Below, piece by piece: positions 10,647-24,692 of a stretch of DNA of 64,000 nucleotides. The notes under the pieces were generated by a model. It did not search any database. It was not told where the DNA came from and was given only the letters and a program-made list of their open reading frames with translations. Each line of letters opens with the position of its first letter. The first letter of the stretch is position 1. Source of the stretch: Podarcis muralis (lineage: Eukaryota); contig NC_135670.1 of NCBI RefSeq assembly GCF_964188315.1, positions 11,656,001 to 11,720,000 of the forward strand, given 5' to 3'. The translations under genes were made by a program, and so were the position numbers.

Positions 10647-13600
10647 ATGGCCGACGGAGGAAAAGGAGGCTACAGCGGTGAGGAGAGGAACCGGGGGTGG
10701 GGGTCAGGCCAGGGGATATTGGGGTGGGTGGGGGGCTTCGCTGGCGTGAGGGGTGGGAACCGGGCCGAAGCCGAGAGGGTACTTTAAAGACACGGGTAGC
10801 CCAACGTGTTGCGCCTCCGGATCCTGTTGGACTCCGGGTCCCATCCGCCCCGGCCCGCGTCGCTAGCGAGGAGCCCGGCAGCGCTCTAGGGCACAGGAGC
10901 CAACTCCTAGGGGCCGAGGTCCCTTCGGCTCCCCCAATGAGATACTTGAAGGGTCCGCCTCCCGCTTCCCCCCTCCCCCGAAGTTGATGGGCAATGTCAT
11001 TCACACGGCGCGTGTGCGCCTCGTGATCGATTGTGTGGGGCACGGCTTACCTGTCCGTCCCCCCCCCTCCCAATATTTTATTCAAGTTGGCACCGCTGCT
11101 CTAGGGATTCAGGAACCTTTTTTTGGGGGTGACTATGTGGGCCACTGGCAGTCCTGTGGAAGGAGGGATGGAAGACCAGGAAGGGTGGGTCGGAGATGGG
11201 GTTTGTGGTCAGTGGGCCGGGATGGGAGGGGGGAGGAGCAGGAGGGTGGGGGCAATTAAGGTAGGGAATGCTCTAGGGCAGAAGGAGAGAGGAGGTGAAT
11301 ATTAGGGGGGGCGAGGGGGATATGGAAGAAGGTGTTATGGGGAACCTTAGGGGGGGGGAGAGGTTCCTTTTTGAAAAAATGCTAATGGAGCTTGAAGGCT
11401 TGAGAGTCAGCTCTTTTTTGTGTCTATAGTATTGTCAATGTGACACACACACACACACACATACATGTATCACTGACAGGGGTAGGAGAACCTGCTTTTG
11501 TACAAAAATGAAGCAGAGTGGCAGGGGCAGCTCCTTGGAGAGGGTTCCTTTCCAGGGATATCTAAGAAGAAGATTTGGATAGAGTTAAAGAGCACAGAGA
11601 GAGGAATCCCACTATTTCAGGTCCTTGGGGGAAGCTGAAGGGAGGCAATGGTGGTGGTGGATAGGGAATGGAGACTTGTTAAGAGGAAGTGAATGGGAAG
11701 GTGTGTCCTAGTTCATGATATTCTCTAGTTGTCTGTGGAGAACTCAGAAGCATGAGGGCACCTTGCTGAATTTTGTAGGGAGCACAGAGTGTAGAAGGCG
11801 GCAATTGATGGCCCAGGGGTAGTCAGTGTGGTGTTCTGCAGACATTGTTGGGAATGCAGCTCCCTTCAGTACCAGTCAGCATGGTCAGTGGTTCAGGGAT
11901 GAGGAGAACTGGAATCCAACAATGTCTGGAAGGTGTTGTGTTGGCTATCCCTGCTCTAGTTTGCTTTTTGAGACTTGCCTGCTGTGATTGTTTCTCTGAA
12001 TACTTTGCTTGACAGCCTTCTGACACTTCAGTTTTTTGTCCTTACATAGAACATGATGACCGTGTGGGTGGAGGTGGTGGCAACAGGGGCTTCCCAGGGA
12101 GGAGGCGAAAAGGTCGAGGCCCCTTCCGAGGAAAGATGTACAGTGAGATGAACCATCACCCGCGGAACTGGAGCAGCGCAGGCCCCAGTCCTCGTAGCCG
12201 ACTTGAAGAGGAGGATGGAGATGTTCTCATGAGTGACCCTCATGATGTGCTGCGATCCCGCTAGTAAGTAAAGTGTTCTCTTGGGTGGACATAAACATAC
12301 TTTAGTTTGTAGGCATGCTGCTGTTGCTCAGCCTCGGTTACCCCATCTGTCAAATGGGAACAGTGACTTATATCAGAAGACTGTAATAAGATAGGCATTA
12401 TGAGTTGTATCAGCTAAGTTCCACTCAGTGTAGGCCCAGTGAAATCAATGGATACTGCTAATTTAAGTCCATTGGTTTCAGTGGGTCTACTCTGAATGGA
12501 ACTTAGTTGGATACAACCCTAAGTGGGGGGGGGGGGGAAGAACCACCTTATGTGCAGAATGACACTTCACCTCCATTTTCCTGTAAGGTCTGAAACACTT
12601 TTGAATCCTGTACTGGTTATATAGTTTTCAGCAAAGAGAATATTCATTCCTTTTTCTTGGGAAGTACACTGGGACAGAAAAGTGTGATTCTCAAAAAGAA
12701 TAATGTTCCCTATTAAGGACACCTTTTTAAAAGTGGTTTGTTTTTTTTTGCTAGTGAACCATTTAAGTGTGTGAATTTCATAAGATCTCCAGTCAAGCCC
12801 ATAGAAAGGTTTTTGTAGAAAGTCTAGGAAAAACAAGGGGACCATTTCTTAGGGCATCACTTGGTTAAAGGCAGGATGTGAATAAGGTCAAGGAGCTGGT
12901 ATTAACGAAGATCAGAATGGTAAAGGCCTGTGACCTGCTCTGTTTTTCATGCTCTAGTTTACAGGCCCTCACACACCCTAGTTAAAAAAAAGCTTAGAAG
13001 GTGGAGCTCTTTGAAGGGATGTGAACCTTTCTTGCCTAACCAGGTACAGGTTCTCTGCTGTGGGGAGGGACTCTGTGCACATTTCCTGCACCTACAAAGA
13101 TGGAAAATGAGGTCATCTGAATCATTCCTCAGCATAGCACTTAACTGGCTGCAACCAGATGAAGAATCTGTGAAGTAAATAATAATAATAATCAGGGAAC
13201 CGATAATTGAATATATTCATCGTTTGTAAAAAGGGCTAGAATCATAAGTTACCTAGTTCATTGAGTAAAGTTAAGGTGCGGGTATAATTACCATTTAAAT
13301 GTCTGATTAGTTCTGTAACATTTTTTTTTGGGGGGGGGGAGCCAAATGCTTTTTATTACTGCTTTGTCCACAGAAACAAACCAGCGAAGTAGAAGAATTT
13401 GAGTGTTTGATCCAGACTTCTTTCTGGGCAAGGTTTCTCATATCTTAATTTGACACTCTGCTACACTCCATACTGAAATCTTGTTTTCTACTCCTCAGCA
13501 CTCCTTACGGTCGTCCAAACAGAGATCGGGAGCGGGGAGGTCTAAGCAATATAAGCCTCACAGTGAGACAGAATCTGAGTACCCTAGAACGGCTTGGCCC

Positions 13601-16600
13601 CAGAAGCAATGCCCCCAAGAAGAGCTGGTTCAAGGTTACAGTAAGTCACATGGAGGAGGGGAGGGTTTTGGAAGCGGAGCTTGAAGGACCCCTGGCTGTT
13701 GTTGGCAGAGGTGCTCTGTTCCTGTAGAGTTGCTGTTTTGACGGACTCTTGCTTATTCAGTTCCTAAGCAATGCTGCGTGTCATTGGCTAAACTGTTTAG
13801 ATTCTAAAGGGGAGGGTGGGGCTGGCAAAATGCCCTCCTAAGCAAAGAAGAACAGGCCAAGCAGGGGACTGAGAAAACAGCAGACCAGAGGCAATGAGGT
13901 CAAGGTAGGAGGTGAGGACTGAATATTGAATGTTCCAGAAGCATGAGGAGAAAGAAAAGGAGAAGTGGGCAGAAAAGAGCTGTAGAGGTGAGGTTAGCTC
14001 TCATGCACACTTTGATCTGAAACAATCAGTCCAATCTTTGTGTCAATTCATTGTTAATTGTTTAACAGAGCAGCTGGTTTACCTGAATAATTTCCAGACT
14101 TGAGTGTGCTGAAAACACAAGGAGCTACCGCTTTTTGAGTTAGGCATGAGAACATTATGTTATGCAGGCTAGAAAGGGAGCTTCCCAGTTTCAGTTCTGC
14201 TGGTAATCTGCAGGTCAGTCCTTCCCCACATGGTAACTTTGCAGTCCCATGTGGTTTGGGAGGGGAAATAGCTAAACCTCACAGGACTGGAGTTGAGAGA
14301 ATGCTGCCTTCTTTTATAACAGAAACAAGCAGCACTATGGTTTGACTTTGACAACCAAGCCTCTTAACACTGTGCATTTGGGGGTGGAGATTAAATGCAT
14401 TTATTACTCCATTTATTACTTTCTTGCCTTTATGCATATAACACCCAAGAAAGCTAACAGTGGGCTGTATCAAATGTTATTCCTGCTCAGAGTAGACACA
14501 TTGAAATGAACCAACATGACTAACTTAGGCCCATTCATTTCAGTAGGGTACAATAAATAGAACTTCAGTAGATTCCACCCAGTAATAATACTACAATAAC
14601 ACATTTTAAAACCAATAAGTAAATAGAGCAGATGAAACCTATCAAAGATACAAATTGAGGCCACAGACATAATAAGACTAGTCATGATTTTTTTAAAAAA
14701 AGAAAAGTCAGCTAGACGGGCCAAAAGGATAATTACATAAAAAAGATTGTGTGACTGTGAAATGACATTAGAGAAGGCCCTTAGGTCATGTCCTCGCATG
14801 TATGCCCAAACTGCAAACCCAAGTCTTCAGAAGAAGTGCAATTCCATCCAAGACAGCATGAATCCCCATTCCCTGATTTTAAACGAACCAAGTTCTTCAC
14901 CAGCATCCAGGCCATTAGCAACACTGCACACTGATTCTGAACTTGAACAGGTTTTGGGGGGATTTAGATGGAAATGAGAGAGTTAGTCTCATCAGCATGT
15001 TCATAGAATCATAGAGTTACAAGGGACCCCAAGGGTCATCTAGTCCAGCCCCCTGCAATGCAGGAATCTCAGCTAAAACATCCATGACAGATAGCCATCC
15101 AACCTCTGCTTAAAAACCTCCATGGAAGGAGGTGTTGGTGGCACAGAACCTCCAAACTGCAGAATACCTCCCCCAGTGGTTCCATGTAGATGTTTAATAG
15201 CATGGGAAATGAGATCGAACCCCAAGAGATGCAATTGACCATCAACAAGGGCATCAGACAGGATTCACATGGCACCATTTTTTGAAACTGTTGCCCTAAG
15301 AAGGACTAGAGCCACCACAAACTTGTGTCTCCCAAGTCCCATCACACCCAGATTGTTCAGGAGGTTGATGCCACTGTAAGCTGCAGAGAGGCTCAGGAGA
15401 ACAAACCAGGAGGGGTGAGCTCCCTCTTTTTGCCCAGAGACGTTTCCCAAGAATTGAAAGTTGGAAACTGGCCAGAAATTATCCAGTATGTGGGGGGTTA
15501 AGGAGGAGCCCCGCCTTTAAATATCTTGGCACTACCCTCTGTGCTTGGTGGAACAGCACTATCTTGTGACAAGGCATTTGCATCTCCTCACTGGCAGGTT
15601 TTATGAGCCAGGAGGAGCAGGGATTGAGCAGTCAGGTCTCACTTCTCCAACAGTCCACGTCCTTGAGTTGCACATATTGAAATGTATCCAGAGACTGTTT
15701 GTACTCACGGGTTTTGCCCTTGTGTACAGTTGATGCTAAATATAGCTATACCTAAGCTTAATGGGATTGGGAACTTCAGTGAAAGTCATCAACCATTGGA
15801 TCTAGACATCTTTTCAAATCTTTTCCTGAGCTGATTCTCCAGCTGCAGGCTTTTACATCTGATTTATTTCTCCCAACATGCCCAGTCTAGCCATTCAGTG
15901 TATATGCCTGGGTCAGCTGGTTTTGCTAGAGAGCCGATTTGAGGAGGTGTCAGAGGGTGATAGGCCAGAGCTAGGAATGGAGGAGAAATTTGTGCAGTCT
16001 GCATTTTAAAGCGAACATACCTCATTTGCTGATCCCAGACTTAGCTGTCAATAAGATGATGTATTTCTCCAAATTTTGCTCCACAGTTTTGGTTCAAACA
16101 TGTGAATCTTTTTGTGGGGGATTATGCATACAAAATTCATTTTTGTTAAGCAGGAAAAAGCATTGAAAGTAATAAACAGATATATTTTAGGGGAAGAATG
16201 TACACACTTTATACATAATCTACATATAACTTTTTGCGTTACCTTTATCCACACAAAAAAGTCAGGCATATGACTGACATGGAAACAGACGCAGAATGGA
16301 AATAGGCTGATTTGTGCATCTCTAGCCAAAGCCCTTCAGTCATCCACAATGGACTTCCAGTTCCATAGCATTTGCACTTTCCTAAACTGGAACTCAAAAT
16401 CTTGCTGCTCCCATTTCACCTATGCCTAGAAGCATCTCCCTTTGTTCTCTTTCCAGCTGAATTGTAGCATTTTTAATCCCATAGTTTACAAAATGCATGC
16501 CTCCTAGGTTTCACATTTCCAGATTAGCCAAAAGCTTTTCTTTCTTCCCCACTGATGCAGTGAAAAATGTCCCCAACCTACCAATTGGCAAATGGACTTG

Positions 16601-19600
16601 AGAGCTGGATATTATTACCACATCAAAGCTTTGGTATGGTTCTGCTTCTTGCCTTGATTGGCTTTTTTGCTTTTCTCCCCCTCAGATTCCCTATGGAAGG
16701 AAATATGAAAAGGCCTGGCTGATTAATGCCATTCAGAATTTGTGCAGCGTTCCCTTCACTCCTGTGGAGGTAAGAGAGGCATACACATGTTCCCTGGGCA
16801 AGAATTTTCCTTTCTGTTTTACAGAATTGGCAGTCTTGTGATTCCCAAATGGTGTGCTGCAATAGGAGCTGGGGTATTCCTTGAAACCGCCATGTCGGAT
16901 GCATCCAGCACCCATTGTCATTTGGATCAGGAGGCTGTATGTGGCATTGATTTGATCTTGCCCCCACCCCAGTTAGTAAATTGCCAATGGTATTCTGATA
17001 TAAGTTGCACCAGCAATACTCAGATTATAAGGTGCTGGGCAGGGGCTGCGTTTCCTTGGGTGTACCCAGTATTGATTCTACTCAGAAAAATTAGCTACTG
17101 TTTTTTAGAAATGCCAAGCAAGAATGTTTGGTTAGAACTGGGGAAAAGAGGAGTCAAGGAATGGAGCTTGTGTGAAGTTCCTCAACTTTCTCCCACAATT
17201 CAAGCTCTATACACTAGCATCCCATGCTGCAGCTGACGGGTACAGGGGAATCCCTGAGTCACCACCATTGCTTAGAATACCCAGTTGCTTCTATAGGCCT
17301 TAACCACCTGAGCAGGATGCCAGGAGGCATTAATTGTACTTCTCTGCATTTGAAGGGAGAGGTACTTCTCTCTTTCCCCCCCTCAGAACCAATCAATAAA
17401 ATGTTAGTCATTTTTGAGCATCTGAGTGAATTGTGCCTTCAATTTTAATCTAGGAAAAAACTTACTGTGTCCTAGATAATTCAGCAGTTTTGGAAATGCT
17501 GGTGCTAGTGAAATAAAAATATCATGAAGGAATGCGGAGACTAGGGGTGGCATGAGGCTGGCATTAGCAGAACGTGTTGGTGATGGGGAAGCTTAAAAGC
17601 TCCAAGCCCTGCACCTTCTGGTCACTCAAAGCTGTGCCCAGAGGCATTACAAGGCACCTTCCATGTTGTATAGTCTTTATTAATTATGAAGATCAGCTCC
17701 TTTTTTCTAATTAAAGAAGAATGAGCTCTGTCTCACACCAAGACCTTTCCCCCTCTTGCCGCAGCTACACTATGCCAATAATCGGGTAGTGTTCTATGTG
17801 GAAGATGCCTCTGCAGCCAACGCCCTCAAACAGGTGTCTCGAAAGATTGTTGCCCCAGATGGCTACAAGGTTGGTTTGTTCTTCCTCTGTGGGCCTGGGG
17901 CTAGTGGGGGGGGGGGATACATGAGGTTGGAGGGCGATTAGCTATGTCCAGACTAGTGAGGTTGCTTGGTCAGTTATAGCTCTGACCTGCCTCATGTGAT
18001 CGTCCTTTGCTGACACAGCTTAGATTCAAGCAGTGCTTGCAAAGGAAGAAAGGAAAGAATCAGGAGTCCACTCTTAATTATTTCCTTTGAAGTTGTGAGG
18101 TCAGGTAACTGAGAGATGGTCAACCTCGCCCATCGGCCAGAGTGGATCAAGGGGGAGTGGGGGAGCTTAGGATCCAGCCCACCTGCAAGATCTTGTTCCC
18201 CAGTCCTCTCTACATACATTAAGTAGCCTGGGCAGGGATTAACCTGCACCCATCCAATCTCTCAACTGGCATTTCTTTCAGGTTGTGATACTTTTAAACC
18301 CATGCAGTCCACCAACATCTGTCCAGCGTGAATTGAAACCAGAGGAGATTGAGCAGCTGAAGGTGAGTGGAATGTGCCAGAACTTTAGTACTATTTTCTT
18401 GCCTTCCACTTGCCAGTCTGCCCTGCATTCCCACAGGTGGTTTGTGTCTGGTGTTTTTCTCTTTGGGAACCTGACAATGATCCTTGATTTTAAACTGTCT
18501 CAAGAGGTTAGCGAGTTGGAATGGGAGATGCCATCTGTCTTTAGTGGGAAAACAAGTCCCTGTTCAGGTTGTGATTGTACAATCTCTTCCTAACCTTGGT
18601 TTGGTTTTTTTCTTTTGCTTGGGGTACTGAGAGTCTCTTCTTCCCCTCAAGCAGGCAGGAATAAGCCTGTCTGAGTCCTTATCTATCTAATGGAAATTTT
18701 CTCTCTCCTTCCAGCTTTGCATGAGTAAAAGATACGATGGTTCCCAGCAGGCCTTGGATCTAAAGAACCTTCACACAGATCCAGGTAGGTCACCGTACCC
18801 ACCTTTTCACTGTTGGGACTGCTGTTCTTCTACACACCTAGAACTCTGGTTCCAGCTTCAGGGGCAGAGGTGGGTTTCTGTTGCAGATTCCAGCTGGCAG
18901 TGAAGTGAGATTCATTCTACTTTTTAACTCCCCAGATCTGGTAGCCCAGAACATTGACATGGTGTTGAGTCGCCGAAGCTGCATGCTAGCTGTGCTGCGG
19001 ATCATCCAGGAGAACATTCCTGAGGTCATCCATTTCTCTCTCCCTTTCCCTCTCTTCAACCCAGCCTTTTTCTTGCCTTGGTGCCCTCGGGGATTGGTGA
19101 TTTCTCTGAAATTTCATGCTGAAAAGATTTCAGCTTGCCCTCAAATGAATATGGACCCTTGTAAGTAAGTGGTCCATAATTACAAACCATACACGAAACA
19201 TCATAGAAGGGGTGGCAATATTGGATTTGCGTTTTTTGTTTATTTGTTCTTGTATTTATCGTGTATTTTGTATCTTATCTTCTATTTTTATGTTGTGAAC
19301 TGTCCTGATCTACAGATGGAGGGCGGTATACGAATGTAAATAAAGAAATAAATCTTACTGTACTTTAATTTATTTTTTAATGAGGTTTTTTTTTAAAATA
19401 CAAAAACTGCCTTGAGGTCACTTGGTGGCAAAAAGCACATCTCTCACTCACACCTCACAAATCCCACCCCCATCTGTCCTTGCAGCTCCTTTCTCTGAAC
19501 TTGAGTGACAACAAGCTCTATCGGCTGGATGATATGGCTGAGCTGCCCCAGAAGGCTCCCAACCTGAAGATCCTCAATTTGTCTTCTAACCAGGTAGGGC

Positions 19601-22600
19601 TGGATGCTCACTAGCTCAGCCTGAATCTTCCATTGGGTAAAATCCTCACTCTCTTCACTATGCTCTCTTTCTTTCCCTCCTGGCTCCCTTCAGTTGAAGA
19701 CAGACCGTGACTTGGACAGGTTAAAAGACTTGAAGCTTGAGGAACTATGGCTGGATGGCAACCTGTTGTGTGATAGCTTCCGCGACCAGTCTACCTACAT
19801 CAGGTGAGCAGTAGCCCTGGAGCTGCCTAAGATGTCCTGGAAGGGCGCACCTCCACCTACCCAGAGGGCATTCAGGGCATGATTAAGATGTTTCTTGCCA
19901 AAAGGCGTATTTTGCCCTCCTAGGGGTGCCAGCTTGGTTATTTTGACCCCAGAGCACCATCTGCCTCGGCTGCAGCCAAATCTCTGAAGACGCTGCATCC
20001 CATTCCTGGATCCTGAGTTGTGATTCTTGTGATAATGGTTTTATTTCAGCCAGATTGGAGCACTGCCCAGCCCCGTCTCCTCCCCCACCCCATATTGATA
20101 TTACTACATTTATTAGCTGAAATTTGCTTTTGTGGATGATCTGCCATATCGCACCTCCCAGCCACCCCAGCCTTGCTTCTCTTCCTTGTGAAATCTTCCT
20201 TTCCCCCTCCCCCGCTTTTCTGTCTGCCTTCCACTCTCCGCTCTGCACACGCCACTTGCTTTTCTCTGCCCCCGGGGGCTCTAGGACCTCAGGATGCGCA
20301 GCCTTTTCCATCCTCTCAAGTTCCCCATGTGCACTGCCACCCTCCTTTGAGCCTGCCATGCTGAGCCACCTTGTTCGTGGCCTTGCCTGCTTCTATATTT
20401 ATATATTGTGGCTCCCCAATGCTGTACCTGGAAGTACCATATTGCACAGAGGCACGTGGAAGTCTTTCTTTTGGAGAATTGAAGCTAAGCTGCTAAATCC
20501 TGGGGTGCCCCTGGTGCGTTTGGCTCTCACAGATGGCTGGTTAGCCAGTGACGGGTAAGATTCCTTGCGGAAGGAACAACCTAAGACAGGCACAGCCGCA
20601 CGGTGGCCAAACGGAGCCCTTCCGCCCGCCTCCGGGGAAGTTGGCAAACACAAGGCACCAGAACCCTCCTTCACAGGCTTGTCGTCGGCAAGTAGCTTTT
20701 GGACAGCCTCTGCGCCATTTCTAATGGGGAGACTTTTGCTTCTTGATGATCTGGGAGTGACGATGGTGCTGACTCTGGATGGAGCAGCAGCAGCAGACTG
20801 AAGTGACAAGCTTCTTGCAAGGAAAACTCTTTCTCCCCCAGTTGTGCACTTGGAAGTCCTGTTTGTGTGGCCAAGGCATCTGTATCTCTGCAGGGTTGGG
20901 GCGTCCAGAAGGGGCAGTGTGGAGGATGGATGAGGCTGTGCATCAGTAGGGAGGAGTTTCCAGGCCTTTTTTTCTTTGTTTCCATCACTCTGGCGTCCCT
21001 CTGCTTCTCCCTCCCCCACCCGCATCTTCCATGGTCATTAATTAGATTTGGGCCTTGATGCAGGAACTCTCCCAAAGCTGTTTTAAGTTGGGTGCCAGGA
21101 AGTTGGCTCAGGCATCTCCATGACCAGTGGGAATTCTTGTCCATTTCCCTACTTCCCCTTCCCTGCCCCTGCCCTCTGGCCTCAGTGGAGCGCTCCTCCT
21201 ATAAATTGGGCCATGTGGGTGAGTACACACTCAGGTAAGTGCAGAGGGAGACTTTGAGTAGCATGGCTTTGGAGACTTCTGCCTCTCGCACCCGTGTGCA
21301 TGTGTAAAACTACCACGGGAAGAGTACCAGAGCATTTTACTTTAAAGGCTGTGTTCTGCTACCTACTAATTTTTTGAAGTTGGCTAACTGTCACTCACCC
21401 TTGTATGGTATCAAGTGACAGAACCATAATAGTGAAATTGATCAACTTTTCCCTTAAATTGTCTGACAATATTAAAGGAAAGCTGACTCAGCATTTTCTC
21501 CTAGGTGAGATTTGAGTCAGATTTTAATACGCAGGGTGGGAAATGTCAAATATAATCAGATGTCTCTTTAAACTGGATTGCAGTAGTTCTCTAATCCAGC
21601 ATAAGCAGTACGATCCTTTTAACCCCATTCGTGTTGCTTCTTCTGTGGCTAACGGAAGATGCAGAGCCTAATACGGTTCCACGTGCAGCTTTAGCAACCC
21701 GTCCCTGATTTTGTACACGTTCTACCTTTGTTTAAAATGCTTGTACGTGTAAATTTCTTAGGCTTCCCAAGAAACATACAGTTTGAGAGCCTTGGGCGGT
21801 GGGCTTTCGTTAAAAGATTCTGGTAATGCCGCCATTTTGTGGTGTTTCTCCACGCTCCTAAGAAGGCCCAGATGCGTGGAATGAAACTTGTGGGACATGT
21901 CTCCTAAGTTCTTCCAGTTGGGGAGCTGGTTGTTGCTCTGTAATTCAGAATCCAGGAAGTGAGGTGTGGTGAGGTGAGGGTTCTGAATCACCAGTGGGCA
22001 GCCTATATAATTCGGTGGGCATCTGTTTGGCCCAGGATAACAAATTGATAACACCTCCACCTCCTGACAGCAGTTGAGGCAACTTCTTTTTGCAAGACTT
22101 CCCACCTTGGTTTTAAAGGATGCTTTAGAGAATGATGGCCAGTGGCCAGGGTGGGTAGAGGCCACAACAGGATGTAGTTCAGGTAGCACTGGCTGTAGTA
22201 GGAAGATGGTGGTAGCAGAAGGTGGGGACCACCCAGGTAGGCCACGGGTGGGGGGAGGGCAGTGCTCTTGGGGCACAAAGCTCTTTCATTCACTCCTTTT
22301 CCCCTTTCTGACAGCGCCATCCGCGAACGGTTTCCAAAGCTGCTGAGGCTGGTGAGTGAATTGTTCAAATTCCAGGTGGATTCTGAACCAGCTTTTGTAT
22401 CTGACAGTACTGTTGCCTTACCCTTCTGCCTCTCCCATCACAGGACGGCCATGAACTCCCCCCTCCGATCGCTTTTGATCTTGAAGCACCTACCACGCTT
22501 CCCCCTACTAAGGTACAGAAATGCTCGGAAGGGGCAGGGGAGGGGGCCTGTGTTGCTGTTGCCCTGAGAAAGCTGGCGCCTTTCGAGCCCTTGCTTCAGT

Positions 22601-24650
22601 CCCATTGCTTGGTGTGGCCTGTGGCATAGGATGCCTTAGGGCTGGTGCTAAGAGGGTACTTGGCAGGGTTTTTTTGGTGTTTGGGAGGAATGGAGGGGAA
22701 CAGATTAACATCCGGCTTCTCTCTTTGACTCTCCTCACTCAGGGCAGCTATTTTTGCTCTGAAGACTTAAAAGTGTTGATCCTGCGATTTCTGCAACAGT
22801 AAGTAGACCTGCAAGGTCTTGTACGTTAAAGAAAAGCAGAGCCCCTGCCAACAAGTTTATAACCTGGGGGATTTGGCACACACAAAAAGGGGAGCTAGAG
22901 GGTAAAGATCTTCAGTTTTAAGTTGGTTCCTGGGAAGAGGGTAGTGGTAATGATGCTGGCTGGCATTTGAAAACCAGGGTTTGAAATTTCATTCCAGTGT
23001 TTAAAACTTGGCTAGCAAAAAGGATCGTTGACTACTGTAATTGAAAGAAGCAAAAGGCTTTATTGAGGCACAGTACCCAATACAATAGGGACGCGAGTGG
23101 CGCTATGGTCTAAACCACTGAGCCTAGAGCTTGCCGATCAGAAGGTCAGCAGTTCGAATCCCCGCGACAGGGCGAGCTCCCATTGCTCAGTTCCAGCTCC
23201 TGCCGACCTAGCAGTTCAAAAGAACGTCAAAGTGCAAGTAGATAAATAGGTACCGCTCTGGCGGGAAGGTAAACGCCGTTTCCGTGCACTGCTCTGGTTT
23301 TGCCAGAAACGGCTTAGTCATGCTGGCCACATGACCCGGAAAAACTCTGCGGACAAACGTCAGCTCCCTCGGCCAGTAAAGCGAGATGAGCGCCGCAACC
23401 CCAGAGTCACTCGCGACTGGACTTAAGTGTCAGGGGTCCTTTACCTTTACCCAGTACAATGGAAATAACATAATAGAAATAATAAAGCGGCTACAGCCTC
23501 CCTTCCATTCTGGCTGTTTCTTTAGCAATGTTTGTATTCTCCCACAGATATTACACTGTCTATGATTCTGGGGACCGGCAAGGGTTATTGGACGCCTACC
23601 ACGATGGAGCCTGCTGCTCCCTGAGCATCCCCTTCTCACTACACAACCATTCCAGGTAAGTTTACGCTTCTGACATTTGTTCCCTTGCCAACGGGAGAGG
23701 ACTGCACTTTGCCCTGCTACACTGTGCTTTGGTTTTGGTGTGACATGGTGTGAGACAGGCTGTGTGCACCCTGTCTAAAGTTTCTGTGCCAAGATGTGGG
23801 GCATTTTGCAACCTATACTAAGCAAACAAGAGTTGCTTGTATTAGTCACAAGGAGATTCAAAGAGCTGTGTGTGGATCTTGCACATGCCTCCCATTCAAG
23901 TATTTCACGCTTTGCAAGCATGAAATCTTTTTGTAAGATGCCATACATTTGGTTGCATTGTGTTGATTGGCAAGAAGATTTGGTGATAAATAAATCTAAC
24001 TAGACTGTTCAGAGGACAGCTTACTTTTTTCAAAATCCTCCTACCAAGAGAGAGACTAGGTTGAAAGTACATGGAGCTGCTTGCTTTACTTTGGAGCCAG
24101 CTGGGGATTTAACCCTTGGCACGCTGCCTCCAAACCCAACATTTTGCCCACTGCAGCCAAGTATACACCTCCTGCTATGTAAAGAAAGACCTGGGGAAAC
24201 GGGTAGGCATTTATGTTCCTGTTTTGTCTGCAGGAGCACTCTGGCTGAATACTTCAAGAACAGCAGGAATGTGAAGAAGCTTAAGGATCCCAGTAAGTAA
24301 TGACCAGTGGCGGGGGTGGGGTGGGTGTACAAGGCTACAGACTCTTTTATGGACAGTGTGTAATCAAAAGTGTTTCATGGGAGATGGGCCCTGCACAGTG
24401 ATTCTGCTGCGGAGGTTGGGACCCCAGTGCACAAAAGAGGGGAGCTGAATGGTGAAAGGATTTGGGACAACGCTCAAATCCACACTGAAGCCCTTCATTC
24501 GTAGCAGTCCAGTTGTGGAAGAGGATAACAGAAAAGCCCCTGATTAAAGTGAATAAACTGTATTGTTGGCTATTTTGGAACAAGAGCAGTGGTTTTTTTT
24601 TATTTTTTAGGGTTGGGGCAGATGCTCCTACATTAGTGGATTGTCCCCCA

Positions 24651-24692
<42 letters not shown>

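Noticed and set aside
10294-11043. 249-aa minus-strand ORF over the NXF1 promoter
   Set aside because: Low-complexity R/P/A/S translation of a GC-rich CpG island, with no recognisable domain.
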